From the NCBI GenBank assembly GCA_048013815.1, contig CM106586.1:8122001-8186000 (forward strand): DNA of 64,000 bases, written 5' to 3'. Numbering within the stretch: the stretch's first letter is position 1; every line of letters begins with the position of its first letter. The notes below the pieces were generated by a model that did not search any database, was not told the DNA's origin, and worked only from the letters and a program-made list of their open reading frames with translations. The position numbers and the translations under genes are program-made. The DNA comes from Setoptus koraiensis (taxonomy: Eukaryota; Animalia; Arthropoda). Below, piece by piece: positions 47,266 through 59,457 of this stretch.

Positions 47266-48179
47266 AACATCAACGAGAACAATTGACCACTAGTAATTAT
47301 CACTGGACTATAGCTCAGGATGGTGTCCTGTCTTTCATGTTGAATGTCAACTGTTGCTCTTTGGTGGTACACTCGAAGAATGTGACAACAACTTTTTCGA
47401 ATTGCTCAGATTGAAAGCCACAAGCTGGGCAATGTTTGAAGTTAATTGATTTAGGTATATTCTCTCTCGGTGGTAGAAATAGTTACTATCAAGTACTACT
47501 AAAATCTATTCTCTCTTTCGATACAACAAAATCTTTTATCATTCTTTCTCTATCTGTGCTCACAGACCAACTTCTAAAGCTCCCTTTCTCAATTGGCATA
47601 AACCAGTGACACTCTTGTGTCAATAGAAATAGTTTATATTGGTAGTTAAAACCGGCACTCTCAGAATATATCTATATATTATGTAATAAATAGCTCATAA
47701 TTGTCAGCTCAATGCAGCTCTGAGCGTGCAAGTGGCTATGGCTTATAGGAAGCCATACAAAATCTCCGTGCACCTAACAATAATCTAAAAATCAAGTGCA
47801 CCAAGTGTATGCACCATCGTTTCCTTGGCAAACAAGTTGAAGTCTGTGAGATCTCACCTATAAGTTCTCATTTCAAATGTGTTCTACGAAACAAGCATTG
47901 ATTCCTCCAGAGATTTTTGTTACTTTTTATTAACTTCAATTAGACAATTCAACCGGGCTGTATCTTTTCTCATTACAAATAAATTTATGTGTCGGATTGG
48001 GTGAGAGTGTTCCATGTGGACACCGGGTATTCCATTCACGACCGTATCCAAATGTCATCTTTCGTCCATATTTCTTAGTTTACTTCAGTCCAAACGCCAA
48101 CTACAATAGGAAACCTCACTAGGGGATGTACTATGACTATGCCAAAGTAGAGTCACCTCTCTCACCAGCAATAACCGCT

Positions 48180-48310
<131 letters not shown>

Positions 48311-49156
48311 ACATACACACACTTTCCCTGGTGCAAAGAACGCCGTTGTCGCCTACGCAAATTCATCGATGAAATGATGAAAAAAGAACAATGCAAATTC
48401 AACTATTTCTTTCTAAGTCATAATAACTTTGAGGGTGTAATATCTGTCGAGCTTTCGGGGGTGTTTATCAATTTTATCAATGCTTGCTCTATCGCTCAGC
48501 GCGCTCATTCGGGTTGGAATCTATTGAGAGCCCCACAAATACTATCAAGCATTTGCATGAAATATATTTTTTGTGCACGCCGAAGATTAAATTGTACCAA
48601 TATCTAAATGGAGAATGGATCGCTCGCGCTCCAAACGGTGATATGGTTTCGCACTTGATTAATCGTTCGGGTTCTTTGTGACCGTTACAATCACCTAGAT
48701 GGTAGAATAAATAGCACTGAATGACAGTTTATTAGGTGCAATGAAACCAAGCTGCACCAACTGGAAAATGGTAAAGGTGAACAAATAATACAACTTCGCT
48801 AGAATGGTCTAGCCTAGTCTAGAGCTAATCCGTGATGTTTATATTTTCACAATCTGGTGTAGGACAACTGTATTCAAGCGATAGGTTTGAATCCTCATAG
48901 TAGTAGTCCAAGTTCTCCAGGCAAGTATAAAAGGAACCTTTTCGCGATAAATGGGCATCATTTGACGTTTGTCTCGAAACCAAACAAAGGTCCCCAATAT
49001 CAAACAATCAATGGAGACATTCTTCTATGACCAAAGTGGTGTTTGTTAGTGCCTGGTGACGAATCTTAAGCATCAACCAATATAAATATTGTCAAGAATA
49101 TCGTGAGTTTAGTAGAAACTCTACATCAAATTGATAATCTCATATCCATTGAGATC

Positions 49157-49804
49157 ATGTTCAAATCAGCGATACTAGTTTTGGTCATAATTGGTACTTT
49201 CACTGTTGTACCATGTATTAGATCATACAATTTGCCACCACCACTGGATAGTTCTAGCTCCAATGAAGTGTCACCAATGGGAAACATATTTGTAAGTTAT
49301 CAACACAAATTAAAATTACTTAATAATGATGGCTCTATAGCTATGTATATTTATTAACGTTTATCACTATGTCAGAGCGAGGATGCGTTTAGAAGACAAA
49401 TGAGCGATACTCCGGGGATACATCTGGGAGGCATCGCTCCTGGATCCAATGCCTCGGAAACAGTTGATCGCCTTAGAAGCGATCTAATGAACGCAGTCAA
49501 ACTAATACAAGAGGAACAATCCCGTCATCAACCGATGTCGAGTAAAATCGATCACAGCACCATGAATCAATTGAGATCAGAAGAGTGCTTTATAGAGATA
49601 ACCAAGGTGAGTAATTTACATATTCACAATGCTGTCTAATATTTTGGTGATTCTTGAAACTTCCACCCCATGTTCACTTCTTTGTATCTCTCGTCAATTA
49701 TCTTATAGGTGGAGCGTTTGCCCGGAAGATGCCAAAAGATGCATGGACTTCCAGTTTGTCAGTCAGACAAGTATCTGAATGTCGACTTGGCTGCATGCTC
49801 ATAG
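49157..49804 (+). CDS. Secreted protein with 4-Cys C-terminal module; exons 49157-49291, 49376-49606, 49709-49804 (153 aa)
   Basis: Signal peptide MFKSAILVLVIIGTFTVVPCIRS; two phase-0 introns (gtaagt...gtcag, gtgagt...ttatag); C-terminus ECFIEITK|VERLPGRCQKMHGLPVCQSDKYLNVDLAACS. Confidence 0.8.
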
Positions 49805-50102
49805 AGTATTTCCAACGATTTCAAAGTCGTTCTGATGGAAACATATATCATTCCAATCATCATAATCATTATTGTATCTTTAAACAACATAATATATAAG
49901 CACTATAAGAATGAAGAGAAGGTCACATACAAAATTATTAGGACGAAATCAAAAATGATGGCAATCTAATGCGTAGTCTGAAATAGGACACTGATAAGAA
50001 TGGTACCAAGAAAACATGAATCAACAAAGAATGCGATTACTCATTCGTGAAAATCTAAATTAACACATTTGTCTTATAACTTTATACGAATCTATAGCAC
50101 TA

Positions 50103-52859
50103 TCACATATCATCCTTCGGCATTTTTAATAATTCATCCACCTTACTCAAGATAGGATCATGAGCGCAGTCTAGCTTACTGACAAAATTAATCAAATTTG
50201 ATTTACAATACAAGTCTATGTCGTCCTCATAGGCTAAGAATAATCCCAATAAATTATTTGAAAGGTTCAACAATTCTGATCTCTCCGTATCGATTACATC
50301 ACGTGATTTCTCAAAGTATTCAAACAATAAATTAATAAATTCTTTGATGAATGCGTCCGCGTGAGATAAGCTCGAGTTCATTAAAGCTACCTGGGCTCCT
50401 TCCAATAGAAGATTTGCCTTCAATTTTGAACTTTCTATTGTTGGTATCGTAATGTAAGAATAAGCCAGACAAGAGTTTATAAAATTTGGTGTTTTCTTTC
50501 TTTTTCTATTAATAATCTTTCTGCATCTAGTGGCTAAAGCGTGGCAACGTCGAACTAGATAATATATCACAGGGTCCAATTTATCAAAGCTGGCTCGGCA
50601 TTCTGCTAGATAGTTCAACTCCGCATTCATATCAATGTCAAATGACACAAGCAGTAAAAAATGTATAATGTGTTGTGACATCTGTCTGAGCTCGTCATCG
50701 AAAGTGTTTGGTCCTATAGAATCATGTAAAATCTTGCATATATGCGTTAATTGGTTAATTATAACGATGTCATCGATGCAAATATCTGGCTTATCAATGG
50801 CATCCTGAAATTCTTCTTCTTCTTGGCACTCAATCAACTCATTAGATTGGCTTTTTGTATATTGGTAAGCCAACTCTAGTAGATCCAAAGTACAATTATT
50901 AGATGGATCTCTAACGTTTTTGACTACAGAGAGGAACGATACAAGTGTAATCTTGCATGCTTTTGAGGCGAAGCTATCTTTTTGTATCATATCGAACAAA
51001 TGGACAAAATTTTCCAAAGACAATAGACTGGAGAACTCATCCAGACTGCTCATGCTTGAAACTATGTCATCAATCATACAAACTAGATCGTCATAGTAGT
51101 CGACAAACATCCTTTCGGGTTGTATTCGTTGAATGATATCGCCTAAAATAAGATTTATCTCTTTTATGGTGAGGTACTTGCATGTAAACTTTAGCCAAGT
51201 TTTGGCACATGTCAAATATTCGGGTACAATCAAACCTGACATAATTTTCCAAACTTCATTGAGGACTATCGATTTTTCGTTTGTGTCAGCATGACTCATA
51301 TAGATTTCGCTATTTATCAATGATTTACCCAAATTGTCAATCATTGTGAACACAGGCAACTTTGATGGAATAGGAGCCATGATGTTGGTGGTAAATGATG
51401 CATCGTCGTCCACGAATTGAGGCTCCTGCCCGTTGGCCGGAATTTGACAAAGTTCGCTGACCTTACTAAGCCATTTCTCTAGGTTCTTCACTAAGAAATT
51501 GGATGGTAGTCTTTCGATCAGTGAGTATAGAATGAGAAATTTCGAAAAGTCATCCTCTATGGAAGAACTGGTCGGTGCAAAGATATTGTCTTCATGATTA
51601 TCCAATATCTTCATCAATGCGTCATAACCATTGCTAGTTGTAGCGCATTTCAACAGCCAATCAAAAGATGGAATAAGAACATCATAGTAGTCCCATAGTG
51701 ATATCTTCTGTGCAAACAGGAAAGTTTGTAAATTACTGCGGGATATTCTTCGTAATAGATGAGAATTCTCGGCTATACTATCGGTGAAGACTTCACTAAA
51801 TAGACTACTGTTGGAGTTCAAAGTAAGCAAAGCTATCCGACATATATAGCATCGGACGTAAGAGGCCACTATCACATTTCCAATGCCACGTACCATTCTC
51901 GATATTCTCAAAAGTGATTGCGAGTAATACTTCATCAAATGTTCGGTTGGATCGGCATTGGACGGAGCCACTTGAAGGTATCCACACGTTCTTAGAATAG
52001 CCAATTCTATATATATTCGAGGCGTCAATTCTCTGATGGATGCTACCTTCAAAAACCAATTACGACAAGTCCTCTGGGCTGATTCTTCGCCACCCGACTG
52101 GACAGCTCTTTCATTTATTCTAGCATCCACCAATCGGCCAAAATTGTCCAAAATATCTGTCACTAGAATAAATTTGCCGGGATAAAATTTCAATACTGAC
52201 ACGTCTGCTAATAGCTTGGCGCATTGGATAACAATCTTTAAAGCTTTTACTCTTTGATCAGTTTCCCATGATTGGTTTAGAGCCGAGTTCAGCTGCTCTA
52301 TTTTTCTCTTGTAGTCACTTTGGCTCAAATTAGTTATTTCCTGGATTTGACTCATGACTTGACTGCTATTTTCGAAATTATCTATTTGCTCCAGACGCTG
52401 CCTCACGTGATTGCTAAGAGATGGACGATGAGGAGACTTCAAACATTTGGCACCGATTCGAATTGTCTGCGAGGTCAAATCTTTAGAGGTGGTGTATTTG
52501 GAAAGAATCTGGGTCCGTGTCTTTGACCAAAGTGATTCACTAATACAGTTGTCCTTTGAACGATGGACAAGCCAGGGATGAAGAGAGCTGACATTCTTGT
52601 CAATTTGTGGACATGATCTTCCAGACTTTATCGGAGCATTCTCCTTTCCACCATCTGCTAGGTGGTTTTGAAATTTGAGAGCGGGTGATGAGAAATCGTT
52701 GTTGGAGTGTGGCGTCCGTCCGATCCTCTGTTTGGAATTTGAGCTAACTGCGGTGAGGTCTTCTTCGTCAGAGAGACTATCAGTGTCAAACTGCAGCGGG
52801 TGAGTATCTACAGGTCGCTTAGGCAAGTACTGACCGGATGAGTTCTTTGGGTCGATCAT
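50103..52859 (-). CDS. VPS35L: VPS35 endosomal protein sorting factor-like (C16orf62, retriever subunit), intronless, 918 aa
   Basis: HPL, ILSKYTT, LNQSWETDQRVKALKIVIQCAKLLADVSVLKFYPGKFILVTDILDNFGRLV, NWFLKVASIRELTPRIYIELAIL, SCLAYSYITIPTI. Confidence 0.92.
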   Translation of the reverse strand: MIDPKNSSGQYLPKRPVDTHPLQFDTDSLSDEEDLTAVSSNSKQRIGRTPHSNNDFSSPALKFQNHLADGGKENAPIKSGRSCPQIDKNVSSLHPWLVHRSKDNCISESLWSKTRTQILSKYTTSKDLTSQTIRIGAKCLKSPHRPSLSNHVRQRLEQIDNFENSSQVMSQIQEITNLSQSDYKRKIEQLNSALNQSWETDQRVKALKIVIQCAKLLADVSVLKFYPGKFILVTDILDNFGRLVDARINERAVQSGGEESAQRTCRNWFLKVASIRELTPRIYIELAILRTCGYLQVAPSNADPTEHLMKYYSQSLLRISRMVRGIGNVIVASYVRCYICRIALLTLNSNSSLFSEVFTDSIAENSHLLRRISRSNLQTFLFAQKISLWDYYDVLIPSFDWLLKCATTSNGYDALMKILDNHEDNIFAPTSSSIEDDFSKFLILYSLIERLPSNFLVKNLEKWLSKVSELCQIPANGQEPQFVDDDASFTTNIMAPIPSKLPVFTMIDNLGKSLINSEIYMSHADTNEKSIVLNEVWKIMSGLIVPEYLTCAKTWLKFTCKYLTIKEINLILGDIIQRIQPERMFVDYYDDLVCMIDDIVSSMSSLDEFSSLLSLENFVHLFDMIQKDSFASKACKITLVSFLSVVKNVRDPSNNCTLDLLELAYQYTKSQSNELIECQEEEEFQDAIDKPDICIDDIVIINQLTHICKILHDSIGPNTFDDELRQMSQHIIHFLLLVSFDIDMNAELNYLAECRASFDKLDPVIYYLVRRCHALATRCRKIINRKRKKTPNFINSCLAYSYITIPTIESSKLKANLLLEGAQVALMNSSLSHADAFIKEFINLLFEYFEKSRDVIDTERSELLNLSNNLLGLFLAYEDDIDLYCKSNLINFVSKLDCAHDPILSKVDELLKMPKDDM

Positions 52860-53309
52860 GTTTGCAAATTCAACGTCCCACGGCTGTCACATTGATTTAA
52901 ACAATTCTCATGATGACCCCCCTGTCCGATAATTTCGTGTCTTAACCACTGTTTTCCAATAAGATTGACACATGTTCGCTCTGGTTTGTCATCAGGTGGG
53001 CGCAGCGGCAACTTTGAAAACCATTGAACGGATTCTCATCGCATGAATCTTATACGCTGGAATGAGAATTTAACTGGTAGCCACTATAGTCTATAGAAAA
53101 TGAATAATTTTAGAATGCTAGTGAATTGACAAGTCTATACCCATCAACATTCAAAATCGAGACTAACCACCTTTCAATCGTTTTTTTTTGTGACTGCATG
53201 TGACATAAGAAAGACTTCAATCACCGATCATATGAGGAAATGAATATCTGTGAGCCGAAGAAAAGTAAGCGACATTTGACGCAATTATTCTTGTACATAT
53301 ATCTATTAT

Positions 53310-54146
53310 TTATATATCTGGCCATTGAAACTCTTCTTGATTCAGAGTTGGATATTTTTTGGCCCCTCGTAGGCCGTTGACTTTTGAAACTAACCCAGGA
53401 TAGGCTGTATATCCACCGAAGAAGGTATCGTCTTCGATGTTGAAACGTATGGGATCCTCTATTATGTGAAGATTCGCAGGGAGCTCATCTGCTTGACGGA
53501 CTAGAGCAGAATAAGAATTTATGCCTATGACAGGCTTGCTGTAATACTCAATAAGATCAGCCAAAGTTAAAGTATAGCTCAGCGATGAGTTGGGTAATTC
53601 ATGATTGAGCTCTTGACTACATCTAGATATTAGCGACAATTTTAGTAATCTGTTCTGATCTAATTTGATACATTCAGGCTGTAGATCGTCTATTTGCTTA
53701 GGCGGAGATAATTCCATTTCTTTCAGTAGATTCATGTAGATACCTTTGATCCTGTTGCTAACATCTTTTGGCGGGTTGTAAGGTCTAGATTCTCTGGCGC
53801 CTCCTCTCGATAAGACAGATGACTTGAAACTGTTCAATTTCTCTTTTGCTGTTTGCCGGGCCTCTTTTGGATCACTTCTATAACTATCGTCCCAGTGATA
53901 TTTGTTGTATTGGGCCTCTTTTTCTTTCGGCTTCACTACCATCCAAGGTTTTCTCATTTTCACCCTCTTCTCTCCAACCCCTTGAAATTCAGCAATATTG
54001 TGACGATCTGTGTAAGGTGTTCTTGTTGGGTCAAGGTAAGTTTCTCGCCTGTTCTTTTGATGCGGTATGGGGTATATTTTAACATGGGTCCTTTTTTGGA
54101 TGAAATTGAGTCTCGAGATGATCGCAGCCCTCAGTAAACCCTCCAT
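53310..54146 (-). CDS. MRPL50: Mitochondrial ribosomal protein L50 (mL50), intronless, 278 aa from ATG 54146
   Basis: KLSLISRCSQELNHELPNSSL...DLIEYYSKPV and LPANLHI...RF...DTFFGGYTAYPG...GLRGAKKYP match arthropod mRpL50. Confidence 0.8.
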   Translation of the reverse strand: MEGLLRAAIISRLNFIQKRTHVKIYPIPHQKNRRETYLDPTRTPYTDRHNIAEFQGVGEKRVKMRKPWMVVKPKEKEAQYNKYHWDDSYRSDPKEARQTAKEKLNSFKSSVLSRGGARESRPYNPPKDVSNRIKGIYMNLLKEMELSPPKQIDDLQPECIKLDQNRLLKLSLISRCSQELNHELPNSSLSYTLTLADLIEYYSKPVIGINSYSALVRQADELPANLHIIEDPIRFNIEDDTFFGGYTAYPGLVSKVNGLRGAKKYPTLNQEEFQWPDI

Positions 54147-54503
54147 TTTTGGCTCAAGTAAAGGAGTTCCTCTCAAAAACAAATAACTATCTTGCTAGGA
54201 CAGATTCTCCCAGGAATACGGCGAAATAGGTTCGCGTCCCAAATGTAAACAGACACACTACGGCATCATTGAAGATAACTATATCCTTGAACCGCGACTT
54301 TTGAAACACCCACGTGTTTCGCTTGTTTTCTGTTCTTTCTTGTTACAACCGATATCTATTTATTTTTATTATTATTATTTATTATGTTATCAATGCCAGA
54401 AAAAAAACTACATATTTATAATACCTGCTGACACACCAGAGTGTATAGAGGCTGTCTCGATGTTAAGATTAAATGACGTATGAAGCGCTTACACAAAGAA
54501 TCG

Positions 54504-55854
54504 TTAACAATACGCTCTATAGGCAGTGAATAAACCTGAAATTTCCATCAATGCCGGTGATATTTGCGGGGGTATGTAGGCAACGGAACCAAGGGATATT
54601 TCGTGCTTCTTTGAATTATTTAAGAAATCTACAATCTTGGCACTACCACTCAAAACTACCATAATAGAACCACTCGATACAGAGGTTATCGTGTGAGGTC
54701 CAGCACCATTCCTCCCATCAATTTCGATTCTATCCACAGCAAACTCATCTATTGGTGGTTTATACACAGTGATGTAGTCATTTGGCCTTTTTGGCTTGAG
54801 AATGATATCGTGACAACTCCTTGGCTGGTAGTTAAGCATTTTGGTTAAGGTGTTGACATCGCAAAATTTACTCGTTAGACCAGCTCTCACTACATTGTCA
54901 GAGCATGCCATGCACTCAATGCACTCTGTAGATGAGTTATAGATTGGGCAAGAACAAAATCAATCCATTAAGACTATGTTTGTTTCTGAGGAGATGGACG
55001 AATTTGAACGATGATGGAATAGTATAGTCGACAAACTTACCGCCAGATATGTAGGCATGAAGTTTGTTCGCCTCTAAAAATATCCCTTGCCCCGGTGACA
55101 ATTTGATATAGTTTAGAAAGAATATTGCAAAACAGCCCGGATCATGCGGATACAAGTTGTGTAATCTATTGAAAACATCAGCCAGGTCTTTGTCTAAACT
55201 AGAGATGTGGTTCTTGCTCAGGTTTTTGAGTTCACTTGCCACGATGGATTTATCGCAACTAACCAGTGACGAGAAACATTTTGCTAAACCTTGCTGACGC
55301 ATGTCATCTCTGGTTTGTTGATTGTAAAATTCGTAATTTTTCTCGCCAACAACCTTCCTTAGGGGTTCCAGGTCATTGATGAACTTGAGAATTTGTTCGT
55401 GACACCTGAAATCACACAGTACTTCAAAATCAGTTAAAGCTATGGCCATTTCTGGTTTGTGATTAGAATCTGGATAATTTTTCGGATCTTTGCCGTGCAA
55501 AATACCAGCTAGATTTTTGTCTGGATGTGCTTGCAGAGAAAGAGGTTGGCCAACGGATAGAATTTTAAACAGAAATGGCAGATTTTTGCCATATTTAGCA
55601 ATATGATTGACATGACCACACATATCGGGCTGCTCCTTGATGAAATCACTCAAATTGACCCTACGGCCACAAACATCTATCGCAGACGGGCCTGATGGAT
55701 GAGTTCCGAACCATATCTCGGCCAATGGTTCATCTTGTGTTTTTGAATTTCCATTACAGGAAGTCGGCTTGCCGTTATCGAATTTTGATATGATACTGTC
55801 CTGTCTGTTCTTGCCCCAATGATAATTTTTGACGAATCCAAATAGTGGTAACAC
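54504..55854 (-). CDS. MPI: Mannose-6-phosphate isomerase type I; exons 55854-55041 and 54925-54504 (411 aa)
   Basis: YHWGK, AEIWFGTHPSGP, LPFLFKILSV...LSLQAHPDK, DSNHKPEMAIAL, HAYISG|ECIECMACSDNVVRAGLT; phase-1 GT-AG intron. Confidence 0.95.
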
Positions 55855-58800
55855 TGAAAATAGACACAGTTATTGCATTGTGTTATTAGAATGACATGTC
55901 AAGAATCGTAGTAGTAATCACATCTTCCATGGGGTATGGGTGCAAGATACTCACTGGTGAATTGAACAACCGTGATACTATATGTGGGAAATAGTTGGCT
56001 AATGAATTAATCTTGTCGAAATCGTCTTCTTGTAATGACGATGATTGCAAAATGGACAAATGTTAGTTAATATTGCACTCTTTGTTTATTTTCGCTAACT
56101 GACATTAGATTGAGCTTGTCGAGTATGTGAATGTGATAGATAAGGCGGATAATAATATCATACAAACACTTCCATTTGATAGGAATAAATAGTCGCACGT
56201 GAACATCTCCAGTGTAAACCAAAAGTAAAAAAGCAAATCTCTTAGATAGGTCAACTGTCGTGCCTTGCCATGTTGTTTTGTTATTGATTTCTTTCATCCA
56301 ACATATGTCATACTCGACTACGTAGTACTCCCAATGTCTGCCAGTCTGTATTTTTTCTTTTCGTCTATTTATCGTTGCTGTTTATGTTTGCATCTCTATT
56401 CACGTCTCCAGGTTTACAAGGATTGCCAGTGCGCAATCTCTTCATAGCAATGTCTGTCTTTTTCCTTTTCTGTGAACTCTATTACAAGATTTACCTTTAG
56501 GATATTCAATGACAACTATAGAAAGAGACAACAGTGTCTGTTCGATGACGATGAAATTGATTTCAAATCTTCATCACCATACAGTACCTGATGATTTATT
56601 ACTGACTTCACATCACTGATGACGACGAAAAAGAGTTTGCCACCGTCTAGCTGACGCAAGCCATCTCTAGAATGATCACCATAATTTTAGGAGTATGTGA
56701 TATCTCTTTCTATCCTCCATCCGCATCCACAGGATAAGTCCTTTCCGCTGTTTTTTTGCAAGCAGGTTATAATTTCTTCGTGTCTGGTTGATACCGATTC
56801 TGTCTAGTATGTGCCAATCGATGTGCGAAACCGAATGATGTCAGTTTCAGGGGCGGCACTGAGCTTGGCCTGACAATGGTCATTTATTCAGAAATTCTTA
56901 CATGATTCCCATCTCGGCAACAAATAAGCAAATCGCGAGACTGCTTGCGAGATTTAGCGTCTGGCATCGCGTGCAGAAGAAAGTAATCGATGTCTGTCAA
57001 GTTTCCTTCATAGAAGATTACTCGAGATTGAATTCTTCTTAGATTCTAGGGGTCGATGCTTGTTGTCTCTATAGTTATTTTGAACTCGCACCGAGCATAT
57101 GCCCGACGAAACCAACTGGTTAATCGGGATCCGTTTTGTTTGGTCGAATCACAGTCACTCGGCAGCTCGAAACCTGGCTACTTGCTCGAACAATGTAACG
57201 CTCTGTGTTATATTTGTGTTTTATTCTCAAATTGTTTGGCCAAACCAACAAGTCATCAACTAACCAAAAAACAAACCAAACAAAACCACCCAAAAGCAGG
57301 TAACCAAAAGCTTGCTAGAATCTGTCTATGATGACCAGTCTGGTTCGCGCTCCTGTGTATCGATTTTGTAACATAAGAGGCACTTGACTTGAAAAAGATT
57401 TCTGAAAATCAAGAGGGAATATTGATCTAGGCAATTGAATATTCGAGCAAAAGCTTGTCAGGGCAAGCAAGCGATTCTCGAGCATACCACCGTATCCTCT
57501 TTGGCGTTAATATTTGATAGTGCTTATGAGATTCCCACAATTCTCGATACTGTCATGAAATAGGCACCCACCCCTCTGAGCTCATATGGGCGCATCGCAA
57601 GCGATCACAGTTTGTCCGAAATGGATATTATCAGTGCTCACACATGATCGAGCCATTTATGGATGTATCGTCTGCAATTACACTGTATAACGCTGGAACG
57701 TTTCTTATTATCCTGGCCCTGATTTTGGGATTGAGAATCAAAACAAACGTAGAGCAACGACCGTACGCCATCAGTCCATTTCTGACGATCGTTGTGATGC
57801 CCTTGCAATTTCCAGAATGCTTTTAGGCAGCCAGAAACAGAGTGAATCAATTCGAAAATCAGGGTAGAGAAATGTTTGTCATCCTGATTTTCCTGACCTA
57901 CCGTCAAATTTGTTGCTATTGTTAAGCCAATTGTGTTTGATGGGCTTTCCCAACTGACCATTTGTTTCCAATTAGTTAGTGAACTTTAATCAGATTAACA
58001 CACACTCATCAATGTGAAAGGATGTGTCTAGGACAAGACAAGAGTGAGAGTTTTCAAGATCAAAAGGTTGCAAGTGAAAAATTGTGTAGTGCTCACACAG
58101 GTTCGGGGTGACATTTCTCTCTGACACATTAGCATCGGTTGGGGGATAGGGGGAGAAAAGAATAAGGTCGATCGAGCTTCACTAAGTGGATAACGGCAAG
58201 CTCGGAATCAGTTTGGAACTGAGCGAATTCGAACATCCGATCTAGTAGTTTGTTGTTGTTGTTGTTCCATTCAATAGACATAGAATGATGAGAGGTTAAT
58301 ACAATCCCATCTAATAGATTGATCGTCAATTGATAAAGTCGTCTTCAAAGAACGAACAACGAAATATTTACCCTAACTCTCATAACATTTTGATGATTTG
58401 AATGATTGACAAGATCATCACCATTAGTGTTGAACAGTGTCGATGATCAAGTTTGATGATAAAGATGCTTTGTTGTTACCACTACATAATACACATAATC
58501 AAACAGGCTGATACTCAATGGTAGTAATAACAGTAGTAGTTCAATAGAGAATAGATGACATAATGACATAATCATCGTCGTCGTCGTCGTAGTCGTAGTC
58601 TTTTGAAAACATTTATCGGCTACAGAAGAGAACAGTATCTGTGTTATAATATTAAATAATTGGTGGTCAAATAATAAAGCCTGCTTAGACCTCGATTGAC
58701 AGTTTCAAATCAAATGATTGTGAAGTGCAGAAAGTTGTTGTTTGTCTCCTCTATCCGAGAGAACGAAAGTGAGAGTTAATTCAACTCGTTGATAACTACT

Positions 58801-59457
58801 AATTGTGCGCTTAGATAGGTTAACACATCAACAATTGTCTACTGTTGTTCTCGTTGTTGTTGTTTCTCTCTAGACTGTATTGCACTATTTAGCCTAACTA
58901 TTAACAATCTGACAATTTAATCGTCGTCATCGATTTACAAACAACCGTCAGTGAGTGAAATAGGAAGACAGAAGAACCACCAACGAAGTGTTTATTCAGA
59001 ATCTCTTTCTTGGTAGTCTTGATACGATGGCGATTGATTATCGACACCTTGTAATGATGTCTTCATTAACAGATGGGCATGGTCTTGAATTGATACCGTG
59101 GAGAATACAAGCGATCGTATCCTGTTAGTTGTTCGACATCATCTGAGTGAAGAGAAAGTGGGTTGAGTTTATCAGTCGATAGCTGATTTGCTTGCCAGAA
59201 AAGAAGCCCCTTATAAGAGAGTTGACAGCTTGCTAAAGGGTCCACTGAAACATTTATCTCTGGTTAGTTAACTTCAAACAAACTTCAATCGATAGCAAAA
59301 GCGAAAATAAAAACAACTCAAACATCAGCTAACAGATCTATTGCAAGTAATGAAAAAACAAGATATAACATCAAAGTTGTATCTCTATTACCATATACCC
59401 ACGACTTATACACACTTGAACCTTGAGAATGTGTCGAAAATCGCTCACTGAAGAGCC

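Noticed and set aside
55900-57900. Coding-like fragments including EYYVVE (GH11 xylanase-like) as possible horizontal transfer
   Set aside because: Only a 6-residue resemblance, multiple stops and no other GH11 motif.
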